Assembly: GCA_020891255.1 (NCBI GenBank)
Contig: BQFW01000002.1
Span: 1,612,001 to 1,676,000 of the forward strand
DNA: 64,000 nt
From: Entomortierella parvispora E1425
Taxonomy: Eukaryota > Fungi > Mortierellomycota
Direction: 5' to 3'
Under the pieces are notes generated by a model that worked only from the letters and a program-made list of their open reading frames with translations, was not told where the DNA came from and searched no databases. Positions within the stretch are counted from its first letter, which is position 1. Each line of letters opens with the position of its first letter. Made by a program: the position numbers and the translations under genes. Positions 1-9,888 of this stretch are shown here, in pieces.

Positions 1-301
1 CTCTCCAACATTTGCCTGGTAAAGAAACCACATACCCGCAGAGATTATGAATGGGATTGCAATGCAAATACCGCTTGCCGAGATTCACATGCGAGGGAGT
101 CGGATTGCGTGTGGAACCATCCGCGTTGACCTTGACTTGAGGATAGAGTCCGACTGGCAGAGTATTCAAACCATCGATAGAGTCCTTAAATTTGCAGTCA
201 GCAACATCCCGAACAGGGTGCTCCATGATCTCTTCAGAGTGAACGGGGAGACCGAGTGTCGATAAAGCAACCAAAAAAGCAGCCTTGATATAAAACCGCA
301 T
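1..301 (-). CDS. Secreted prepro-protein, 3' end truncated by the window edge
   Basis: ATG at 301, frame open to base 1: MRFYIKAAFLVALSTLGLPVHS (signal-peptide-like)...NLGKR|YLHCNPIHNLCGYVVSLPGKCWR. Missing from the ORF track because there is no stop codon in the window. Confidence 0.65.
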   Translation of the reverse strand, partial: MRFYIKAAFLVALSTLGLPVHSEEIMEHPVRDVADCKFKDSIDGLNTLPVGLYPQVKVNADGSTRNPTPSHVNLGKRYLHCNPIHNLCGYVVSLPGKCWR

Positions 302-907
302 GACGAGGCAGGGGTGGACGGGTTGGACGGTCGTTGAGTCTTCAGGAAATTAAATCAACTATTGAAAGAAAAAGAAAAATAAAATAAGAGAACTGCCTCA
401 ATCCTCTTGAGCTTTTATACGGTTTGCTCAGGCTCGACGAACATTGGCCATTTTTTGCTAGTGCGTCAGTGCAAGAGAGGGTAATAGCTGTCTCGTGGAG
501 TCGACAGGCGCACAACTTTTTGTGCCGTTTGGGCAACTCCAAGGCATGCGCCTATCCCTGAAAGACAAAAACACACTGCCTCTCGATCTGTTCTCTTTCC
601 GTCGACGCACCGCCTTTTGTCTTCTAGAGTCGACATTGATGACTAAGGGCTCAAGTCAACTGATGGTCGTCCGCTACCCCTACCCTTACCTTTGGAAAAA
701 AATCTAGTCGACGATCTTCGACCGACCCCTCTCTAAGTGGGGAGAACCGAAGGCGTTCAGGCGTTCATCTTGCTGATCTACTCAAAGGTCGGCGTTGCCC
801 GATCAATGACAGCGCCAGGTTGACTAGGACAGGGTTTAATGATAGCCGTGGTGGGGGAGCTGGACCAGTCGGTGGACAAGAGACTCAAAACAAAAAGAAA
901 TCGATAG

Positions 908-981
908 TGTTTGTACTCGGACTTGAACCGAGGACCGTCTGTGTGTTAGACAGACGTGATAACCAACTACACCATACAAAC
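908..981 (-). tRNA. tRNA-Val(AAC)
   Basis: GTTTGTA/TACAAAC acceptor stem, TCTGT-CTAACAC-ACAGA anticodon arm, CTCGG-TTCAAGT-CCGAG T arm; 74 nt, no intron. Confidence 0.93.
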
Positions 982-1036
982 TGACTCGATGATTTAGTTT
1001 GTTCTGAGTTATATTTATAGAAAATAAAAGAATAGT

Positions 1037-1066
1037 TCACGTGACCAAATAACACGTGACACGTGA
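1037..1066. promoter_or_regulatory. Cluster of three CACGTG E-boxes
   Basis: CACGTG at 1038-1043, 1053-1058 and 1060-1065 within AT-rich DNA between the two divergent tRNA genes. Confidence 0.45.
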
Positions 1067-1124
1067 TTATTGCTGATAATGACATTGAAAAAGGAAATAA
1101 AATTTATAATTTCAAGCAATCGAC

Positions 1125-1195
1125 GAAAGTGTAGTATATGGGTATCATTCCGGCCTTCCAAGCCTGAGAACCGGGTTCGAGTCCCGGCACTTTCA
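1125..1195 (+). tRNA. tRNA-Gly(TCC)
   Basis: GAAAGTG/CACTTTC acceptor, CCGGC-CTTCCAA-GCCTG anticodon arm (one mismatch), CCGGG-TTCGAGT-CCCGG T arm, followed by TTTT. Confidence 0.88.
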
Positions 1196-1969
1196 TTTTG
1201 CCATTTTGGCTGTCCGACATCGTTCTCTCACATGACTGACGGCGAAAGCCTCTTTTTGCAAAGGAAGACGCGGTGCCCACGGTTTGAATCCACACTATTT
1301 TTTTTTGGAGAGTGCTTGTTCGCAGTGTGTATTCTCGGCGAGAAGTAGAAAAAACAAGAAAGAAAAGAAAACGTCGTGTACTATTGCAGTAAATCATTCT
1401 GTAATTCAAAATTCAGCGCCTCAAGAAGGTTGAAGACTGTGTCAGCGGCGGTGATGTTCAACAGATAGGCTGTTTTTAGCAAGTGTCTGGCTGTTGTTGA
1501 AGACGAGGTGAAGACAAGCAGGGCAGAGGATTCGGGTCCGACCAGGGTGCTTTCCGAGCAAACTGTCGTGTAAAACTGCAGGAGGAGAGAGAGGTGATGA
1601 CGATGGTGCGTTGTCACCGTGGGTGAGGCAAGCAGGAGCACAAAGTTGATTGGAGTCGATGTCTGGATTGACATGCCCTGGTTGTGGACCAGACGGGTGG
1701 CAAAAGCGACTTCTCCGTTTTCTTCACTTCTGTTTCTTTGCTTCTTTCTTTCTCTCTCTCCCTCCCTCTCTCTCGCTCCTCCTACCCGTCCTCGCTCCTC
1801 TCTTGTCCTCTTCCACCAACTCTACCCATTCATTCATTTATTCATCTCATTGTCCTTCCCCCCTTCTCTTGCCTCCCAACAGTCTCCCTCTTCGACCCCT
1901 GCAAGTCCCTTGTTCCTGAAAGTGACCTCGTTCGAATCGCGCCCAGTCGCCCTCTCCCCTTTTCTCTCC

Positions 1970-1978
<9 letters not shown>

Positions 1979-2040
<62 letters not shown>
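1979..2040. repeat. (TC)31 microsatellite
   Basis: Perfect TC run in the pyrimidine-rich region upstream of the gene at 2448. Confidence 0.95.
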
Positions 2041-2045
<5 letters not shown>

Positions 2046-2447
2046 ATTCCCATCAACGCCCAGTCCGATTCAATCCTTCAGCCAACAATCTAGACCCCGC
2101 CCATCTCATCGCAAACACATTGCTCCCTTGCCTTCTCCCTTAGTTACATTCTCTCTCTGCTCACTTTTTTTTTCCTGTTTCTTTCGCACTTTTGTTCGTC
2201 CGTTTTTTATATTTCCCCTTGCTCGTTTTCCTCACCCCGCGCCTCCTTTTCTGACCAAAGCAAAACGAGAGACAAAAAAGAAAAAGAAAAAGAAAAAGGG
2301 AAAAAAGACGAGAGCGGAAAAAGTGAAGGCGAGACAGTAACGATACTGTAAACGGCAACAACAAAAACCAAAGGACCATCATCCCATCCTGTCCCCAGCA
2401 AAAGCTACACAGCCAAGAACAACAAAAAATTTATTTTTGGCCGAACA

Positions 2448-4342
2448 ATGCCCAGCAGCACTTCTGTTCGCGCCCTGTTCGTTTGCTCCATCTGGATCCT
2501 TCAGTTCGTATCGCACGCGGAGGCCCAGGCACCAGGTAAGAGAGGGAGAATCGACTCTGGTCACCCCAGCCCCTATCCGCGACAATGATTGAAAAGGAGA
2601 AGGATAATCCTCGGTAGAGGGCGAGTGAAGTGAGGATAGAGAAGGGGGCAGAGTGCGATCATGATGGCAGTATCAACTCCAAAAAAAAAAGGGCACGGTC
2701 TCCCTTCTCTCGTTCTCTTCCGCTTCTCTCTCTCACTGTGCCGTCATTCTCGTCACATTTGCAACGGTCCATTTCTCTTTCTCTCTTCTCGCGTCTCCTA
2801 TCCTTTAATTTGCTCTCTGCTTTCATAATACGCCCGCCCTCGCTTGATTTTCTTTTCGACATTGCACTTGCATACCCCCATCATCATATTGATATTGTTT
2901 CTGCACTTGTTCTTGCCATAGCATGTACCTCCACAGCAATATGTGCCCCCGCCCTGGGGGATGTTTGGACAGAGGACTCGCTCGGAACCGTCATATGGAA
3001 CCCAGACATGACCGCCCCTTTTGATAAATATGAAAAGGTCGATCTGTACATCATGGACGAAAGTGTCGACAACCAATCCTTCATGCTCCAGAGCGACGTT
3101 GATCTGAGCCTGGGCATGACTGCAGCCCGACTCGAAGCCCCGCTCTTCCCAGAGACCTTGCCTGTGAACCGGTCCTGCCACGTGCTGTTTATCGGACAGG
3201 GCAATAGTTTGGATGGGACGCATCAGACACTAAACTCGAGCTCATTCTTTATGATTCGTATGTACTTGCAGATGCTGCGTCTCCTATCTCTTGTTTCAAT
3301 TGCTCAATTGTTGTTTCTAAGCCGTCTTTTCTTCGTCTCCGCAGGTGACAAGCAGACCATCAATGGGACCCTTGTTCCAATCACCCTCCCCCCCACCGCA
3401 ACAGCAACAACATCGGCAACTACAACTTCGCAAATACCCTCAACAAAAACAACGACAACAACGACAACAGCGATTAACAGCACCACCGTCGCTGTCGGTG
3501 CTCCCGCCACTAATGTACCATCGACCGACAAATCTTCCAGTGTACTGTCACCTCTAGTCATTGGATTGATATCTGCGGGGTGTGCAGCGCTCCTGATAGC
3601 AATTGTTGCGCTGGGCTTGCTGTACAGAGCGAGAAGACAGTATCATGGGGATACAAGCGACTTTAAGAGTCTTCATGACCAACCCTACTCTCCAACAGAT
3701 GGTGCCAGTCAGGCTCCATCAGTCTTCAAGAATGAGGCTTCACAAGAGCCTGGATCAGGACCATACAGTGCAGGAGCATCCGTTGCAGAAGGTTCCATGG
3801 CTGCTGGGCGGAGTTCATCTAACACAGCACGTTCAGGAGATCCCATGCTGCGTAGCGCACCAGGTCTGCTCAGCTATAGCAACAGCAACATTGGAAATAA
3901 TCCTTACCGACAAAACCGCACAACGTCGACGCCACCAGTGCCATTGTTGGAGCGAAAGAGCTCCAATTTGAATCAGATTCCAGAATCCAAACCCATTATT
4001 ATTGGAGATGCCTCTCTCGACGGTGGTTCTCATTTGGGAGATAATCCTGCCTCATCGAGACAGTCGATTGAGCCAGCGTTGACCCCAGGGGATGCTCAAT
4101 TAATCGCAGAGACATTTAGGAAATCGATGAGACGACCCCGGTGGGATTCGGAGGATGATGAGGAAGAGCAGGATGAGAGTCGGCGCGCTGCCAAGGAACT
4201 TTTGCGCAAGGAGCTGAGCGAAGAGGGTGTAGATGTCCAACGTGGTGTTCAGCGGCGCGTGACGATCAAGGACCGGAAGAATCATCGATCAAGCGTCGCG
4301 CCTCCACTATCGCAGCCAGAGATGCCACAGACAGAGCCTTAA
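2448..4342 (+). CDS. Type I single-pass membrane protein (signal peptide, small N-terminal domain, Thr-rich stalk, TM helix, long cytoplasmic tail); Mid2/Wsc-like topology, ~473 aa
   Basis: Exons 2448-2535, 2922-3257, 3345-4342 joined in frame by GTAAGA..TAG and GTATGT..CAG introns. Signal MPSSTSVRALFVCSIWILQFVSHAEA; TM VIGLISAGCAALLIAIVALGLLY-RARR. Confidence 0.8.
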
Positions 4343-5302
4343 TCCAAAGGGCTAATCCAAGATTTTTGACCTTCTACACTTTTTGCATTGTCTAAATGTA
4401 CAATATACCTCGTAATAAAATGTCGGCTTCATCTTCCCTCTAAAAATAAAAAGTTTTCGATCGACCGTTATTGCTCGGCTAATTGACTCCACATGTGTGT
4501 GCCTGGTCGTCAAGACGAGAGACGTCACGCGTGTCGCGACGCGTCCATGACTCTCCATCCTATATTCTCTTGCTAGGCATGGGCCAACTCTTACAAATCA
4601 CAATCATCGGTCGAGGGGAGCGCTCTAGAACACCATCGCTCAGTAAAACCCCATGGTCAACACGCACCTCCATTGTTGTTGATCTATTCTCAGGGTATTC
4701 TTTGTATTCACTATTATTCAGTAGAAGAAAAAAAAAGGTTTCCTTGCCTGCGATGTTGTGGGACGATGCTGAGGACATTTGTTTTGGTTTGATTATCGCA
4801 CAGAGCGCGCGCTTCTCGTTTTTTTTTGTCGCAAACTCCCCTGACTACATGTGTCTCGACTTTTTATATAATCGATCCCTTCTGATTAGAAACAGGACAC
4901 GGAAAAAACTTCCGTGGAGGAGTAAGGAAAAGATTACATATGACGAGCTTTGTCCTCCGCTGCGACTCGTGTTGCGCCCCCTTTCTCCACCACACTTGCT
5001 CTCTATCCGTCCACACAACATGTAAAACACCCGAGCTACATCCAACTTTCTTGCCAACCGAAGGTTGTTGCGGGAAAAGCTGTTTGTTTTCGATGGGGTT
5101 GGGAAGTTGGGTTGGGCTGCGTTGGGTTCTCCGGAGCCCTTCTAGGAGGCTATTCCGCATCACGGGCCGGAAGATGGCACGACACTTACTTCGCGTGAAG
5201 AAACCAGTGGTTGTCAATAGCCTGCATTCTTCTGAACTGCATTCGAGAAGGGGTTGCTCCCTCCACATTTCTAGTCATTGGAGGGATCAAATCGTTCTTG
5301 AA

Positions 5303-5309
5303 TATAAAA
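5303..5309 (+). promoter_or_regulatory. Putative TATA box of ML gene copy 1
   Basis: TATAAAA about 100 nt upstream of ATG 5409; copy 2 has TATAAAT (8812-8818) at a similar distance from its ATG. Confidence 0.4.
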
Positions 5310-5408
5310 AGGACAGAAAACCTCAGTTTTTTTTTCTCTTTTCATTGTCCTTGTCCATCTTTCTTTTAACTCCTCACCCATCTCTTCAAGCCGCTGATCC
5401 CTTCCACC

Positions 5409-6069
5409 ATGAAGTTCATCGCCGCCATCGCCGCTCTGGCTTGCGCCGCCATCGTCCAGGCCCAGACGACTATGCCCCCAATCACCAACTGTGCCACTGG
5501 TGCCACTGATTTGACCATCAACTCCTTCACCCTTGCTCCTTACCCCTTGTGCGTCAACCAGAACGTGTGCGCGACTGGAACTGGTCAGTTGAGCACCCCC
5601 GTCATTGAAGGTGCCCAGCTATCGATCATTGGTCGTTACCTCAACAAGATTGTCTACACCGACAGCGAGGATCTCTGCTCCTTGCTGGCCGCCCAGGGAT
5701 TCACCTGCCCCATCCCCGTCACGATGACCTCCATCACTGCTTGCGTGTTGGTCAAGCCCACTGCCCCCGTTGGCGTAAGTTGCTTGATGACATCCATCGA
5801 TTTCGCGTTTCCTTTCGAGACTTTTGACTAATATTCACCTTTCTGTTTGATTCAGATCCCCGTCGACCTGCAAGTGCAAGCAACCAACGGCAACGGTCAC
5901 GTCCTCTTCTGCCAGGCTTGTAAGTTGACGTGAAAACACACTCAAAAAAAGTGCGAGGCATGTCCCCTGTTCTTGATTGTGGAGAAATGAACCTTAACAC
6001 GTTCCTGTTCAATTTGAAAAAAAAAAAAAAATAGCCAACGGAGTCTATGCCGCAAACTGCCCCTCGTAA
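5409..6069 (+). CDS. Secreted ML (MD-2-related lipid recognition)/NPC2-like protein, copy 1, 154 aa
   Basis: Exons 5409-5774, 5856-5919, 6035-6069. Signal peptide; Cys pattern NC..PLC..VC..DLC..GFTCPIP..C..FCQ; ends ASNGVYAANCPS*. Confidence 0.85.
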
Positions 6070-8918
6070 AAAGACCAAGAGAAGGTGGTTTTTTTCTTTG
6101 CTCTCAAGAAAAAGACCTCGAGAGAACTTCCTCTCTCTCTTATGTTATCTAGTTTTCTTTCTCTCTGGTTATGTATCCGTATTGTTTTTCTTGATCCCAC
6201 GAAATGTGGATACAGAGTCAAGAAAAACTCGTCAGAAAGAGGACATTTTATCTATAAAAAAAATTCAGCTCTCGCTTTCTTTCTCTCATCAGGTATGAGT
6301 CTTCACTTCAGAACAAACATCTTTTTGTTTTCTTTCACAATCATTGGTACTGTAACCGGTGATTATCAGAGCAGGAAGGGTTGCTTCTTGAATACGACGG
6401 AAAAAAATGAGTCCATATGGCGTTGTTTGTTTATTCCCTCTTCCCTTTCCCGGACGATCAACAACAGCAGACATCATTTTTTTTGGGAGAAAGAGGATCA
6501 GGAGAGCATGTTTGAGCCCAATTGTATCTCTTCTTGGTGTATCTTGGGGATTTGCATGTTTCTGTGAGCGCAAATGAGGGGACGGCGAGGGGGGAGGGCA
6601 AAAAAACAAGTGGCAGAAAGTCGAGTTCCTCGTAAACAATCTGCCCTTCGCCTTCCCACTCTTCCCCTGAAAACACCACGAGGCAATAACAGCCAGCTCT
6701 TTTATTTTCTTTCTAGTCCATTCCAATGCAACGCAGCCGTTTTGATTGCATGTTCATGCAGCGAAGGGACACAAAAATGTTGTACATCATGAGGGCTAGG
6801 CCAACAAGCCCAACAGCCCTCTCAGCCCTACTGTTTTGTTGATGTGTTTGTCGCCTTATCTCCCACGGCTTTTTCTAAAGTAGAACAGCCTATGTACATT
6901 GTCTGGACCCCTTCAGTCGCCCCCTGGAGGCAAATGCAGGATCAGAAGGCATTTCAAACAATTGATCGAGTGCAGGAAGTTGGTTACAGAAGAGCAGGGA
7001 GGGAAAAAAAAGAGGGGTACAAAAGAGCGTGTCATTTTTGATGAGGGGGTATTTCATGAGCTTCTCCATAGAGCTTTTTTGGAACTTCTCTGCTGCAAAC
7101 ATCTGGCATTGTAAAGTGAACGATGGAATGAGAGGCCCCCCTGTCTCTCTCTTTCTTCATTTCCCTCCTCCACGCGCCCTACCTATTCCAACCACGTCAA
7201 GAAGGCGATCAATGCACGCGTTTGTTTGGTAAGGCTCTAAGGGAGATCAGGGTTAGGAGGTGTGGGGAAAGAAAAGCGGGCAGTGAGAGCAAACAGAGGA
7301 CACGGATAAACAAACAAAGGATGCTCGAATTTCGAATGTCGGTGCGTGACCCACAATGTTTGTAGACCAGAGAAGAGGAGGGAGGAACGATATGAGGTGC
7401 AAACAATTCGTGACCAAAACACGCCACATTTTAAAGTGAACAACCATTTTTTGCATTGGACACAAACAACCTGAGCATGGGACGCGAGTCAAAGCAAAAA
7501 ATCAACTGTGGCGACGTGAACGGTGGACGGGGTCCTCCTTCTCAAGACATTTGTCATTGTTTTCTTCTGTTCCACTGACAATACGTAAAATATCCTCAAG
7601 TCCAGTCCTTGACCATACTGCTGTCAAAGAAACCTCGTCGCTCTTTATTCTTTCCTCTGCGCCATACCACACCGATTTGATCAATAGGCCTTGGTTCTAG
7701 ATTCGATAGGGTACGATGAAAGGCAATGCCAAAAAAAAAAAAAAAATGAAATCGACGACTCTTGTCCATCCAGGGCCGTTGCCCTCAGTATAATCCACGT
7801 TCTAATCCACACCACAGTAACGAGCCCTTATAGTTTCCCCTCTAATCCCTCTAATTCGCGTAATTTAGACCATTTCAATATCGACAACAGAACCTTTCCC
7901 TTTGTTTGTGCGCTAGATGTCGTGATCAGTCTAAACTGAATAGTTCAGACATTAGAAAGTGTGGAGCGGGAGAGTAATGAGGTACGGGATGACAGATCAT
8001 GCTGACAAGAGCTCACCGTAAAGGAGAGCCATAGAGGATAGCCGCAGAAGAGAAAGGTATTTGACCCAATGGACAACTACTTTAGAGAATACTCTAGAAG
8101 CATCAAGTCCTCAATGTGCACAGTGAATAGTTGAGCGAAAGGCCGTTGAGAATGGTTTTTGTGTCGGGCTCTTGATTTTCGCCCTGATTCGGTCGTTTGT
8201 GCCTGCAACCAAGACTTGAGCGTGGACTTGCAAAGCTGTTGTACTACACCCTCGCCCTTTCTCATTTTGAGTAGAGGTAAACATTGCCTTCGATTAGCGC
8301 GCCCGTTGCACCTGTATAAAGTACCCTCATATTTACCCCTCCGAACTATATCCCTGATGAGAACTCCCTCCAACAATGGGGATACTTTGGAGAGAGGCTA
8401 GCCTCTTCCTTTTCAGCCCTCAGCGGACAAAAAGGCCCGACGGTTCAAAGAAGTGTGCGCCTTCACGCGCTTGCGTCTCACTTTCAACGCAACATCACGG
8501 CCCTTCTGCTTCGCAACATTGCCACAGAAGAATCATATGACAAATACCCTATATTTCCTTTCGCACTTCTCCATGTTCCCCAGTTGACTATAGAGATGTA
8601 AACCTGTCAAAAGTCCCTCGATCTAGTAAGCCTGGATCCTTCTCTATAATGTAGAACATTGAGACTAGAACAAAGACATCAACAACAACAAAAATCTAGC
8701 AGGCCTTTTGCCCCAGAGCTTCTATCCCCAGTCTCCGTATAAACATGTTGCAATGGTACACAAAGACACAGATATTCTGTCCTTACCCTTGAAGGAAAGA
8801 AAAAAATAACGTATAAATACGTTGCGGGTCTCGCCCCACAATTCCTTTTCTTCACCCCTTCACAGTTTCCTTCCTCCTCCACCATCAACCACATCACCCA
8901 AGCTTCCACTTAAAAGCC

Positions 8919-9482
8919 ATGAAGTTCTTTGCTGCCATCGCTGCCCTCGCCGTTGCCGCCGTCGCGAACGCTCAAGTCACCTGGTCCAACTGTGCCACCG
9001 GTGCCACGGACTTGACCATCAACTCCTTCTCAATCGCGCCTTACCCCTTGTGCGTCAGCCAGAACGTGTGCGCGACTGGAACTGGTCAGTTGAGCACCCC
9101 CGTCATTGAAGGTGCCCAGCTGTCGATCATTGGTCGTTACCTCAACAAGATTGTCTACACCGACAGCGAGGATCTCTGCTCCTTGCTGGCCGCCCAGGGA
9201 TTCACCTGCCCCATCCCCGTCACGATGACCTCCATCACTGCTTGCGTGTTGGTTAAGTCCACTGCCCCCGTTGGCGTAAGTGTTTCCCCCCCTTCATTTC
9301 CATCTCTGCATGATCTGGCCAGTTCTCTCTTGTATTCTACTTGTCTAATCCATTCTAATTCACTCTTTTTGGGGGAAAACAAATAGATTCCCGTTAACCT
9401 GCAAGTGCAAGCAACCAACGGCAACGGCCACGTCCTCTTCTGCCAGGCTGCCGTCGTCGAGGCTCAGAACTGCCCCTCGTAA
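8919..9482 (+). CDS. Secreted ML/NPC2-like protein, copy 2, 150 aa
   Basis: Exons 8919-9275 and 9387-9482; nearly identical core to copy 1; ends QAAVVEAQNCPS*. Confidence 0.85.
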
Positions 9483-9888
9483 AAAAGAACGATCTGGAAA
9501 GAGGCTTACAAAGGAGAAGAAGGAGAGAATTTGTTGGTCTCCCCTTTCTTCCTTCCTTCTCCAAAGTTTTCTTGTGGAACCTTTTCTTTGTTCCCTCCAT
9601 ATATCTACAATGTATCTATCTTGCCACTGAAAAAAAAAAGAGATATTGCGCCTCTTCGTCTCAAGGATCTTTTTTTAGTCCCTGAAAATGTCCAGAGCTC
9701 GAATAAAAAAGAAAGACAAAAAGATATCTCAAAGTGCAAATCTGCAGACCAAATGAGTACAGACAAAGGGCACTTCATCAAGCAAAAAGAAAAAACGCCT
9801 CGGAAAGGTACACCATTCCTATGTTTCTGACATCCAGGCGTTAAGTCCCTTCATTTTTGATCTAGGTAATTTAATGGTGTTCTTGTTG

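Noticed and set aside
499-713. Four GTCGAC sites including TCTAGAGTCGAC (pUC polylinker-like)
   Set aside because: Only 12 bp match and the flanks are not vector; TCGA is frequent throughout the window.
1381-1674. 97-aa minus strand ORF
   Set aside because: No recognisable domain, signal peptide or splice support; cannot be distinguished from chance.
1619-2340. 174-aa and 218-aa + strand ORFs
   Set aside because: Translations of CT-rich leader and microsatellite DNA (LSLSLS runs); the real gene starts at 2448.
6070-8918. Search for a third ML copy or transposon relic in the 2.8-kb spacer
   Set aside because: No ML-like translation, terminal repeats or transposase/RT motifs were seen; the short ORFs look random.
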